The notes: a model not told the origin generated them from the sequence alone. A DNA stretch of 64,000 bases from an uncultured Chitinophagaceae bacterium (GCA_963823305.1 CAWGLC010000004.1:532847-596846), one strand, 5' to 3'. Positions 43,690 to 53,140 are shown, counted from the first letter of the stretch. Program-made: numbers and translations.

Positions 43690-44298
43690 TTAACTCTTAA
43701 GTAATCTTGCTAAATTTTGGAAAGATTCATAAGGCCCTTTATCCGCAAACAGGTTTACTAGCCAAGCAGGAATGCTGCCACCAGGATCCACTTCAAAAAT
43801 ATAGTCTATTGTAAGTTGATTTTTAAATTCAGTTACGTACCAGCTCGCTTTAGAATAAGGTACTCGCACCAGGTCTGCCTTTATTGCAATGAAATTTGGT
43901 TCGGCAAAAGCATTAATGCGCAAAACATTATTGGTAGTGTCGTAGTTTATGCTTAAATCATAAACACCATCACGATTACTTATAGGCCAGGGCATAATCG
44001 ATTCTGAATAATAAATAAACTCAGATGGACTCACCTGTTTTAGTATATAGGCTTCTTTAGTTTTATATACCCAATCAGTGTGTTTACTCACATTTTTTAT
44101 TATATTTATCAGCTTCGGAATAGTTCCGTCAAAAACACATTGTACCCTGATGCTTTTAAACTTTGATTGCTTACCGGATGCCATAAAAACTTTTATTCCA
44201 TTATTTTCTTTGGTAAGCCTCCAATTTTGCTGGGAAGCTGCCTCAAAGTGAAATGATAATGCAAAAAAGAATAGTAACCAGTATTTTATAAATATCAT
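43690..44298 (-). CDS. START/SRPBCC lipid-binding domain protein with signal peptide
   Basis: W.L.KE.NGIKVF, PWPISNRD and DPGGSIPAWLVN. Confidence 0.85.
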   Translation of the reverse strand: MIFIKYWLLFFFALSFHFEAASQQNWRLTKENNGIKVFMASGKQSKFKSIRVQCVFDGTIPKLINIIKNVSKHTDWVYKTKEAYILKQVSPSEFIYYSESIMPWPISNRDGVYDLSINYDTTNNVLRINAFAEPNFIAIKADLVRVPYSKASWYVTEFKNQLTIDYIFEVDPGGSIPAWLVNLFADKGPYESFQNLARLLKS

Positions 44299-45284
44299 AA
44301 ATGTAATTTTCGGCTAGGAATTTCTTTAAAAAATTTGGAACCTTCCTCATTATGCATCCAGTCCGCTATTTCAATATAACTATTACGAAAGTTTTTTATA
44401 GGAAAATACCCAAGCGTTTTACTTATTTTTTCAATATCTAAAACTCCAGTGCCCGTTAAAGAAGATGCGGCAAAGCGGTTAAAGTCAGGGCATAATTTCA
44501 ATTTTTCATTAATGGCAATAAGTCTTTCAAAAACTAGCTTTGGTATAATAAAAGTATGCAGTTGCTTTGACGTTACTGCGGATAAAAGCGTAGTTAGAAC
44601 TTTATTTAAATCGTACACTTCTTTATCGGCAACATTGAATATTTCTGAAGCTTTTTCCTGTTTATTGATGCAAAGCTCGATTGCCAAAATAAGGTTATTG
44701 ATATGAGTGAGTGAAATTTGTTTTGAAAGATGATCCGGTAAAAAAATTTTATTTCCTTTTACCATTTTGAGTAAACGCGGTAAAAGCACATGATCATGCT
44801 TACCATAAATAGCCCGCGGGCGCAAAATTGTTTTTTTAAAGTTACCGTCAATTTTATTGATAACCCCTTCTGCAAGCCATTTTGATTTTCCGTAAACAGA
44901 GAGATGATTAAACTCAGTGCCTGCTTCGCTTTCATTCATTCTTTCATTTTTAAAATCATAAACCGAAGAAGAGGATATATAGATAAAGTGCTTTGAATTT
45001 TTTGCAGCCCGTAAAACGTTTGTTGTTCCTTCTACATTTACTTTACAAGCATGTTTATAAGTAACCGTATCAGAAACCACAGCGGCTGCATGTATAATTA
45101 TATCTGCATCTATATCTTTTACAGGGCTGCAAATATCTGCCGTAGAATAGCTACAGGAATTTGAAATATAATAAGGTAAAGCAGCTTTTCTGCCAATGCC
45201 ACATACTGTATGTCCAAGGGCTGCAAAATGATTGGCAACAGCACCGCCCACAAAACCTGTTATTCCGGTTACAAATATTTTCAT
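44295..45284 (-). CDS. NAD(P)-dependent 3-beta-HSD/epimerase-type SDR, OleD-like reductase
   Basis: VTGITGFVG, HAAA, NVEGT, YGKSK and LRPRAIYG.HD..LLPRL. Confidence 0.8.
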   Translation of the reverse strand: MKIFVTGITGFVGGAVANHFAALGHTVCGIGRKAALPYYISNSCSYSTADICSPVKDIDADIIIHAAAVVSDTVTYKHACKVNVEGTTNVLRAAKNSKHFIYISSSSVYDFKNERMNESEAGTEFNHLSVYGKSKWLAEGVINKIDGNFKKTILRPRAIYGKHDHVLLPRLLKMVKGNKIFLPDHLSKQISLTHINNLILAIELCINKQEKASEIFNVADKEVYDLNKVLTTLLSAVTSKQLHTFIIPKLVFERLIAINEKLKLCPDFNRFAASSLTGTGVLDIEKISKTLGYFPIKNFRNSYIEIADWMHNEEGSKFFKEIPSRKLHL

Positions 45285-46816
45285 TGCCTGGTTTTCTTTA
45301 TATATTCAGCAATCGCTTTCCTGTCTATTTTGTTTTGTCTTCCTTTGCGCGGTATGGTCATTTGAAATATACAATCGGGTAAAGCTTCCTTATCAATACT
45401 GAATATACCCTGTTTGAGCATGCTTTGAATATTTTTAATGTTTAGATTATTGCCTTCTAATGCCAGGTAAACCTTTTCGTCATGAATGGTTTCATCGTAC
45501 ACTCCAATCATTGCTGCTTCATCAATTTCTTTTATATTCTTAATTGTGTTTTCATACAAGGCAGGATAAATGTTCATATTCCTGCGTATGATCATTTCTT
45601 TTTTGCGGCCGGATAAGATTACATTTCCATTTTCATCCATTTCTCCAAGATCCCCGGTACAATGCCATTCCTTTCCTCCATCTTCATGAAAATAGCGGCT
45701 GAACAACTGATTGGATTTTATAAGGATTTCTCCATCGTCTTCTATCTTTATTGAAACCCCTTCCACAGGTTTGCCTACTATATCACCCTTGCCATTGTAA
45801 GCAGCCTTTTTACGTCCGTTAATCATAGAGATTAGCAAATTTTCTGTCATTCCGTACGTGCAGGTAATTTGCGTATGCGTATGCAGAACGGCAATTAATC
45901 TTTTTAAAAATGAAACGTGTACCGGGGCGGAGCCGATAAGAATATGCTCTAAAGATGAAGGAAGCTTTCTATTCTTTGCTTCGCAGTATTGTATCAAAGG
46001 CATATAATCGCTGGGCGGCCCGAACAGAATTCCAATTTTTTCTTTTTCAATCCACTGAATTTTTACTGCCGCTGAAATATTTTGTTTCATTAGTTTAACC
46101 GGTAAGCCTGCCGCAATACCTATCAGCATAAAATGAGGAAGGTATGCACCTACAACTGCATTTTTATTCTGAATCAAAAGATTACTTAAAGCGTCAATGC
46201 TTGCAGCAAGATTTTTTGCAGTATGTAAAACACCCTTAGGCACAGACAAAGTACCTGATGTGTATATAATTATATTTTCAGAAAGCCCTTCGTCCCAGAT
46301 AAGGCTGGGTACACCAAGCGGGCTTTCATAAAGATCAAAAAAAGAAATATGTTTTCGAACGATTGGTAATTTTTTACCAACCGCTATTAGTTTGACGCCC
46401 GGTAATATTAGAATTCGGGGGAGTGTTATTTTAATTTTTAAGAATATCCATTTTAGTAAAGGGTGTTCCTGCAGAAATAATAAGCGGCTGTCTATAAACA
46501 TCCATTGCGGTTGTAGTTGCCTTATTTTAGCTGCGTAATTTTCATGGCCCATTTCAGGATCTATAATGGCTATTTTACCCCGAAGCATAATAACTGCATA
46601 CATAATCTCAAGAAATTCTTCGCCTGCCTGGGCAGCCACAACTGCGACATCATTTTTCTTAAATCCTTTAGCTTTTAAATTGGTAGCAACATTAATACTG
46701 CGGTTTAATAATTGTAGTGCAGTAATCGTACGCTTATTATTATATAGAACAATAAAATCAGGTTGTGAGTTTACAAGATCTGATAAGGTTTGCAGTAAAG
46801 AATTATTGTAAAGCAT
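45281..46816 (-). CDS. ANL-superfamily adenylating enzyme, OleC-like (beta-lactone synthetase-like)
   Basis: IIDPEMG (OleC-type IDPGMG), YTSGTLSVPKG, YGMTE, TGDLG and GRKK. Confidence 0.75.
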   Translation of the reverse strand: MLYNNSLLQTLSDLVNSQPDFIVLYNNKRTITALQLLNRSINVATNLKAKGFKKNDVAVVAAQAGEEFLEIMYAVIMLRGKIAIIDPEMGHENYAAKIRQLQPQWMFIDSRLLFLQEHPLLKWIFLKIKITLPRILILPGVKLIAVGKKLPIVRKHISFFDLYESPLGVPSLIWDEGLSENIIIYTSGTLSVPKGVLHTAKNLAASIDALSNLLIQNKNAVVGAYLPHFMLIGIAAGLPVKLMKQNISAAVKIQWIEKEKIGILFGPPSDYMPLIQYCEAKNRKLPSSLEHILIGSAPVHVSFLKRLIAVLHTHTQITCTYGMTENLLISMINGRKKAAYNGKGDIVGKPVEGVSIKIEDDGEILIKSNQLFSRYFHEDGGKEWHCTGDLGEMDENGNVILSGRKKEMIIRRNMNIYPALYENTIKNIKEIDEAAMIGVYDETIHDEKVYLALEGNNLNIKNIQSMLKQGIFSIDKEALPDCIFQMTIPRKGRQNKIDRKAIAEYIKKTRQ

Positions 46817-46817
46817 A

Positions 46818-47819
46818 TTACCATATTAAAAGCTGAACAGACATACTAATTCCTGAAGCGAGGCCAATAAGCATGATCTTATCTCCCTTTCTTAGTTTGT
46901 TATTTTCTATAGCTACATTCATTGCAAAGGGAATGGAAGCAGCCGCAATATTTCCATGGTTTTCCATAACTGTATAAAACCTGTGTGGCGAAATTTGTAA
47001 AGCGGAAGCAACTATATCGAAAGTGTTTTTTGATACATTGTGCATAAAAAAATGATCAATGTCATTCAACTTCCAACCGGTTTCTCCGAGGCATTTTTCT
47101 ACAATCAGTCCTTTGTTTTCTAAGAACACATTCCGCATTTCTGTGGTTTTCCCCTCAAAATAATTTTTATCGCTGTCGTGCGGATGCATAGATCCGCCTC
47201 CGGGTATTACGCATAAGCTCCAGTATTGACCAAACGAGACAAATTTCTGACTGTAAATTCCACTTTCCTGTGTGGCAGGTTCTATTAATGCAGCTGCACC
47301 GGCATCCCCAAAACTATAAGACGCTAACCGTTTTATTAGCTCTTCTTTATTATCTAATTTAAATTTAATAGCCTGGCTTAGAATTTCTCCTGTAACGATC
47401 AACACTTTTTTATAGTTACCGGCAATAATAAAAGCATTTGCAACATGAAGAGCAGTTACAAAGCTGTTACAGGCATTTTTTATATCAAAAGCCGCACCTG
47501 TGAGGCCTAACTTAGTCTGTATAATGTTAGCTGTTGCAGGTTCAATAAGATCGCTGCTTGCAGCAGCGAAAATGAGACAATCAATTGAAGAAGGATCAGT
47601 GGTTGCCAATATTTTTTTAGCGGCATTTGCAGCAAGATCAGAAACCTGTTCACCCTTCGCAGCAAAGCGCCTTTGTTTTACGCCAAACAACCGCTCGATC
47701 GAACCGCAAGGAAGCAATTCTTCCTTTTCGTTTACCATAGTTTCGATTTCTTCGTTCAGTACAACTCTTTCAGGCGAATAAGACCCAATGGCTGTAATTT
47801 TGCTGGTTGGGTGCTTCAT
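46818..47819 (-). CDS. KAS III/thiolase-fold condensing enzyme, OleA-like
   Basis: LIEPATA (OleA-type Glu), FDIKNACNSF (Cys), GDAGAA, MHNVS (His) and HGNIAAAS (Asn). Confidence 0.82.
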   Translation of the reverse strand: MKHPTSKITAIGSYSPERVVLNEEIETMVNEKEELLPCGSIERLFGVKQRRFAAKGEQVSDLAANAAKKILATTDPSSIDCLIFAAASSDLIEPATANIIQTKLGLTGAAFDIKNACNSFVTALHVANAFIIAGNYKKVLIVTGEILSQAIKFKLDNKEELIKRLASYSFGDAGAAALIEPATQESGIYSQKFVSFGQYWSLCVIPGGGSMHPHDSDKNYFEGKTTEMRNVFLENKGLIVEKCLGETGWKLNDIDHFFMHNVSKNTFDIVASALQISPHRFYTVMENHGNIAAASIPFAMNVAIENNKLRKGDKIMLIGLASGISMSVQLLIW

Positions 47820-48697
47820 ACTTCTGTTTTTAAAAATGTTCTCCAGGCCCAGCGTGTAGCCCAGTTGAAACCATTTATTTCTATAACAAATTCCTTAATG
47901 TCGTTCAGGCAGCTTTGACCAAACTTTAATTTATAATTTTTATTCGCTTTTTTATAAATCTTACTGCTATTGCTTACTCCTATTTTTTCAAAAATCTCTT
48001 GTTTTACATACAATGAACGCATAAAATAAATGTTCATCAAAATGATATAACTGTACATGCACCGTTTTATAAAACCCGCATTAGCGGTATTCTTACGCAA
48101 AAAAAGTTTGGTAAAGATTATATGTCTTGCTTCTTCAATATTATGGAGTTCCGACACTTTTTTTAAAACGGGGTAAATATTTAATCCCTTACGTAAAATA
48201 TTGCCATATCGGTCTGCCATCATTTCAACAGATAAACAGGAAATAAAAACAATATCAGGAGGAAAAAAGCGAACAGTTAACAAGCCAAAAAATTTATGAA
48301 GCCTTGTAGGCAGCAATGCATTTACTTGCAGTTGTTCAATAGCTTTGGAAAACATTTCCTGATGTCTAAACTCTTCAATTAATTCCCTCAGCAAAAAACG
48401 GTATTCGACGTCCTGTGTTTTTAATGAAAGAATATACCGGTTCATAAACAGGCAAAATAAGCCTTCGCTCCATGCGTAAGAATACATTACCTGTGCGACT
48501 TCATGGCGACCAAGCTCTTTTTTTTGAAAATCTGTTAATTGGTCATACTCAGGAAGGCCATGTAATGAAACGAGATCTTCAGGTAAAAAATGTTCAGTAG
48601 CTTTCACAGGTATATCCCAGGGAATAAAGCTTTCGGGCAGTAAAGGTTTTTTTTTGCTTATAGAAATTAATCTTTCTATTTGGTCATTGTAAGACAT
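47816..48697 (-). CDS. AurF-like ferritin-fold diiron oxygenase
   Basis: SL.G..Y..LT..Q..EL.R.E.A; ligands WSE, EEFRH, SVE and HNIEEARH (HX3EX2H). Confidence 0.82.
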   Translation of the reverse strand: MSYNDQIERLISISKKKPLLPESFIPWDIPVKATEHFLPEDLVSLHGLPEYDQLTDFQKKELGRHEVAQVMYSYAWSEGLFCLFMNRYILSLKTQDVEYRFLLRELIEEFRHQEMFSKAIEQLQVNALLPTRLHKFFGLLTVRFFPPDIVFISCLSVEMMADRYGNILRKGLNIYPVLKKVSELHNIEEARHIIFTKLFLRKNTANAGFIKRCMYSYIILMNIYFMRSLYVKQEIFEKIGVSNSSKIYKKANKNYKLKFGQSCLNDIKEFVIEINGFNWATRWAWRTFLKTEV

Positions 48698-48802
48698 TCA
48701 AATGTTTTTTTGTTTACTTAATTTATTTTAAAGCATTTAATTATTTTCAATCAATAATAAACCAGGTTATCTTACATAGTTAGTACTTTACTAGATAAAA
48801 AA

Positions 48803-49054
48803 CTACAGAGTTACCGTGAATGCAGTAACTGTATAATTTAATTGGTTAATTATTTTATTATCAAAAGATACATTTTCGCTTTTGAAAGCGAGCCTTGCCT
48901 TTCTTTTATTTTGGGCAGAAGAATTGAAAAACGAAATACTTGTCAATGAAGTTGCAAATCCAAAAGCAAACAGAAATAGTCCGTGGTTTTTGTTATAACC
49001 AGGAGAGTGTTCCAAAATAAATTTTAAAATTTTCCGCATTAAATATAATATCAA
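48803..49054 (-). CDS. Small hypothetical ORF at the head of the biosynthetic operon
   Basis: 83 codons with one hydrophobic stretch, between promoter copy C and the diiron gene. Confidence 0.3.
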   Translation of the reverse strand: MILYLMRKILKFILEHSPGYNKNHGLFLFAFGFATSLTSISFFNSSAQNKRKARLAFKSENVSFDNKIINQLNYTVTAFTVTL

Positions 49055-49084
49055 TTTTGATTGTGCCTAATAAGTGATTATTAA

Positions 49085-49133
49085 AATGTAAAAATTGAGC
49101 TAAGATGAATTCATGCAATTGCATCAGAGTGTG
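49085..49133 (-). promoter_or_regulatory. Regulatory repeat unit C (truncated: promoter plus one box)
   Basis: AATGTAAAAATTGAGC..TGCAATTGCATCAGAGTGTG matches units A and B. Confidence 0.7.
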
Positions 49134-49169
49134 CTCCTAACAAGATTTCTTAACCACTTACTTTTATTT

Positions 49170-49293
49170 TTATTTCAGTTTTGCCATCTTTTGTGCTCCT
49201 TCGTCATTTTTGGGGTTCAGCTTAAGTGAATGTTCATAATTTTCAATAGCCGGTTTTTTATTTCCTGCGGCGGCGAATGCATCTCCTAAACCG
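49170..49293 (-). pseudogene. TPR C-terminal gene remnant
   Basis: GLGDAFAAAGNKKPAIENYEHSLKLNPKNDEGAQKMAKLK* with no start. Confidence 0.6.
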
Positions 49294-49370
49294 ATTCCTT
49301 CTTTTTGGCGAATACGGTCCATTAATCTGGAATGTAATTCGCCTGGGTAAAAGATTCCATTTAACTAATA

Positions 49371-50518
49371 TTAATTTGTAACGAAAACTGAATTGGCATT
49401 AGCTCCGCCTGTTAACGTAGTGGCTACTCCGTTTTTCCAAACTGTTGCACCGCTGTTGGTAGTTCCGGCAACATAAACATCCGAACCTGAAACATAAACT
49501 GAACTGGCGAACAGAACCACTATTCCTGTTAATGAAGTGGCTACTCCGTTTACCCAAAGTATTGCTGATCTGCTGTTGCCAGCTCCTCCGGCAACATAAA
49601 CATTGGAACCTGAAACAAAAACTGAACTGGCAGAAGCAGAAGTATCAACCTGCTAACGAAGTGGCTACTCCGTTTACCCAAAGTATTGCACCGCTGAGGG
49701 TAAATCCGGCAACGTAAACATCGGGACCTGAAACAAAAACTGAATTGGCAACAGCCTGATATGCTAAAAAAGTGGCCACTCCGTTTTTCCAAAGTGTTGC
49801 ACCGCTGCCGGTAGTTCCGGCAACATAAACATCCGAACCTGAAACAAAAACTGAATTGGCATTAGCCCCACCTGTTAACGAAGTGGCTACTCCGTTTACC
49901 CAAAGTGTTACTGCACCGCTGTTGGTTGTTCCGGCGACATAAACATTGGAACCTGAAACAAAAACTGAACTGGCAACACTATAACCATTGTTCGTTAATG
50001 TATCGGCCACTCCGTTTTTCCAAAGTATTGCTGCACCGCTGCTGGTAGCTCCGGCAACATAAACATTGGAGCCCGAAACAAAAACTGAATTGGCAACACT
50101 ACCAATGATCGCTAATGAATCGGCCACTCCGTTTCTCCACAGTGTTGCACCGCTTGATAGTTCCGGCAACATAAACAGTCCCGGGAGGGTCACTAGAGTT
50201 AACAGAATTTTGGTAGGTGGTAACGGCTGCTGTTAATGTAGCCGTTGCAGCATTTTCCTGGCTTTGGGTTATTGCAGAACCGCCTTGATTGATTATCGCT
50301 TTAGCCGTCGCGATAGCAGCTGCCAATGTCGCCCGGGATCCCACTGGATATTGCCCGGGGAAAATGCCTTCGGATGTGGCGCTCAACACTTTCTGAGCGG
50401 CGGCGATTTCTGCATTTAATGTGCTGAAATTTGTTGAAGGTGCTGGTGACCTCTTCGAGCAGGAATTGAACGTCCATGCAAGGAACATGGCCAAAAAACA
50501 GAAAGTTATCTTCTTCAT
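49371..50518 (-). CDS. Lipoprotein: FIVAR-like helical domain plus seven near-identical beta-propeller-type repeats, frameshifted
   Basis: Lipobox NSC; GQYP helical domain; repeats ANSVFVSGS(D/N)VYVAG...(L/V)W(K/V)NGVA; ends ANSVFVTN*. Confidence 0.8.
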
Positions 50519-50870
50519 GGCAGAGCAGTTTTTACAGTTTGTTTTTTTTTACCGGTTGCATTCAATTCTTTTGTAAACATGACATGAATGTTTTGATTGT
50601 AAATAATGAAATAACATTGAATGTAAAAGTTGCGCTTTATATGCTTTCCTGCAATAGCATTAAGGTGTGATACTTAAATAAATAGAGTGTGATTAATCAA
50701 CCACACTCTTTCTTAAGAATTAAACTGCAGGTTTTTTGTTAATAATAATATTTACTGTTTCCAGGGGTATTTTCATGAAGCTTTATAAAATTTCCTCAGG
50801 ATTTTATCTAGTATATATAAATTCATAAAAGCCGTAACGAAGTAAGTACTCCTTATTAGAATATCATTCA
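50515..50870 (-). repeat. Regulatory repeat unit B with 21-aa leader ORF (50580-50515)
   Basis: Homologous to unit A. The leader stop overlaps the lipoprotein ATG (ATGA). Confidence 0.85.
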
Positions 50871-51363
50871 AGCTATTGTACACGTCCTTTTTCTTCCTCA
50901 GCGCCTGTTGAGCGGTTATCCTGAACAAAAAATAAAAAAAAATAAAAAAAAGATATGCAATTATAACGCTAACGCTTACACGCAATTTTGTGAAACACAT
51001 TTGCTTAAGTAATAATTAAAAAAATATAAGGTGACCTCTCAGTCACTAGCGATACAAATGGAAAAAAAATTTTGGCCGTGTGTAGTTTATGATCTGCCAA
51101 AACCAAATATCATAATTAAAATCAAGATTAATGTAATAAAAAGGTAATCAAATAAAGGGAAGCGATGCCCGATAATGGCAAGCCTGAGAAAGCTTTGAAC
51201 CACCTGAACATAAAAGTATTTTAATGCGTTTTTAAATTTCCATCTTCAAATTATGTTGCTCTCACGGGCGGCACCTATACGAAGATATTTTTAGTATTTA
51301 TAAATGAGCAGGAAACATAAGTGTTGTTCATTCCAAAAAAACCTGTTTTGTGTTTACGTGTAC

Positions 51364-51378
51364 TGGCATATTTGTTGG
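51364..51378 (+). promoter_or_regulatory. sigma54-like element
   Basis: TGGCA-TATTTG-TTGG upstream of the Rieske gene. Confidence 0.55.
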
Positions 51379-51472
51379 TTGAAACTTTAGACACTCTTGC
51401 TTGATAGAACAGCGCTAAACACTAAGAGTGATTCAGCAAATAAAATGAAAACACTACAATAAAATAAAATCT

Positions 51473-52390
51473 ATGAGTACAAGATCTGTAATGGAAATAA
51501 TCGACGAACAGGAATGGCTCGATACAGCCGCCGCTGCTATTCAGCCTGTAATTTTAGATGCTTTCAAAGCCGGAGGTAAAACGGGTAATGACGTCAAAAA
51601 TTTTTTACATGGCAAATGGTTGGGACATCCGGTTCATCCTATGGTGACCGATGTTCCTCTTGGTGCCTGGACTACTGCCGCTGTTCTGGACACGATGGAA
51701 TTATGCGGTAGCAAACAATATAAGCCGGGTGCAGATGCCGCCGTTTCAATAGGATTGGTGGGCGCCGCCGGTGCTGCCATTACGGGCATTACAGACTGGA
51801 CCGGAACTACGGAGATAGAAAGGAAAGCAGGCCTTGTACATGCAGTGCTGAATATTGGCGCTACTGCCCTTTACCTTACTTCCTTTTTTCTTCGCCGCAA
51901 AAAAAAGTCGCGCGCGGCAGCCATTACGCTGTCCATGCTTGGCTATGGCCTCACTACCGCATCGGCTTATCTTGGCGGTAATCTTGTGTATCATCAACAG
52001 ATGGGCGTAGATCATACGAGTATCCCGATGGTATATCCTGAAAAATTTCAGGCGGTGCTTCCTGAAAATGAGTTAAAGGAAAATGCCATGAAATGCGTTC
52101 GTGCAGGAAAGGCTGATATTTTGCTTGCGAGGAAAAATGATCAGATATTTGCCCTTGCCCATACCTGTTCCCACCTGGGCGGCCCGCTTTCGGAAGGCGA
52201 ATTGCTAAATGATTGCAGCGTGCGTTGCCCTTGGCATGGCTCCGTTTTTTCTTTAAAGGATGGCTGTGTCATAGACGGACCGGCCACAGAACCACAGCCC
52301 ACATTTGACGTACGCGTAAGGGACGGACAGATAGAAGTAAGATTGCAAAAGCAGTCGTCCCGCACTACCATTTTATCTCCACTATCCTGA
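51473..52390 (+). CDS. DUF2231 membrane domain fused to Rieske [2Fe-2S] domain
   Basis: LHGKWLGHPVHP..TDVPLGAW; CSH and CPWH Rieske motifs. Confidence 0.9.
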   Translation: MSTRSVMEIIDEQEWLDTAAAAIQPVILDAFKAGGKTGNDVKNFLHGKWLGHPVHPMVTDVPLGAWTTAAVLDTMELCGSKQYKPGADAAVSIGLVGAAGAAITGITDWTGTTEIERKAGLVHAVLNIGATALYLTSFFLRRKKKSRAAAITLSMLGYGLTTASAYLGGNLVYHQQMGVDHTSIPMVYPEKFQAVLPENELKENAMKCVRAGKADILLARKNDQIFALAHTCSHLGGPLSEGELLNDCSVRCPWHGSVFSLKDGCVIDGPATEPQPTFDVRVRDGQIEVRLQKQSSRTTILSPLS

Positions 52391-52695
52391 CGGACTTTCA
52401 AGTCTGTAAAACGAGGTTTCACTAATCCTAAAAATGTTAACTTCAATCACGAGCTCACGATTGGTCAGATCATTTTTAAGCACAGCATTTACGAATTGTG
52501 AAAATGCACGAAATCTTTGTTCGGGGTGATATTTTTTTCATCTATCTTTTTTCTTCGTTTGAAAGAGTCGTCAATCTGCAAGCAACAGTAAAGCTAAGCG
52601 TACGACTCTGTTTAATAAAAAGATGGCCACCTCACATACGACAAAGCCACCCGATGGGCGGCTTTGTAACATTTTCAACGTGAAAATTTGATTCT

Positions 52696-52905
52696 TTATT
52701 TTTTAGCAGAACTGTGATTTTCTGAATGCTTCTTTGCGGCGTGTTCAGCATGTTCGTTTGCATGTGTTGCGTGACCGCGTGCAGCTTGTGCATGGTCAGC
52801 CGCTTTTTCATCATTGCCTGCCTGGTTTGCCTTGTGCGCTTCATTGTGATGTTTTGCAGATTGTTCATGATGCTTTGCAGCTTCTTCGTGATGTGAATGT
52901 TTCAT
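52696..52905 (-). CDS. Small His/Ala-rich helical protein, putative metal binder
   Basis: HHEEAAKHHEQSAKHH.. heptad His pattern; CGGCA-CACATG-TTGA element at 52951-52937. Confidence 0.8.
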   Translation of the reverse strand: MKHSHHEEAAKHHEQSAKHHNEAHKANQAGNDEKAADHAQAARGHATHANEHAEHAAKKHSENHSSAKK

Positions 52906-53140
52906 AATTTAATTTATTTAATTTTAGTTAGGAAAATCAACATGTGTGCCGAAAACCATTACGGCCTGAGAATTAACTAATTATATTTTAAAAATTTCAT
53001 ACCTTTTTTAATACATTAAGTAAAATCGGAATGCCTACTACAATTTGTGTATTTTTAATATAATTACTTACCTCTACCTTACAAGCCAGAACTAGTCCAA
53101 ATTACTAAGACAAATATTCTTCAATTCAAAAACTTACGTT

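Noticed and set aside
49371-50190. CRISPR array or DGR template/variable repeat pair
   Set aside because: The repeats are coding units of about 40 codons. There are no unique spacers, cas genes or reverse transcriptase, and differences are not adenine-specific.
50773-51000. 75-aa ORF as a conserved gene of the cassette
   Set aside because: The homologous DNA at 43215-43330 has stops and no shared frame.
7617-53000. Prophage, ICE or anti-phage defence system
   Set aside because: No integrase, transposase, phage structural, conjugation or recognisable defence genes were seen.
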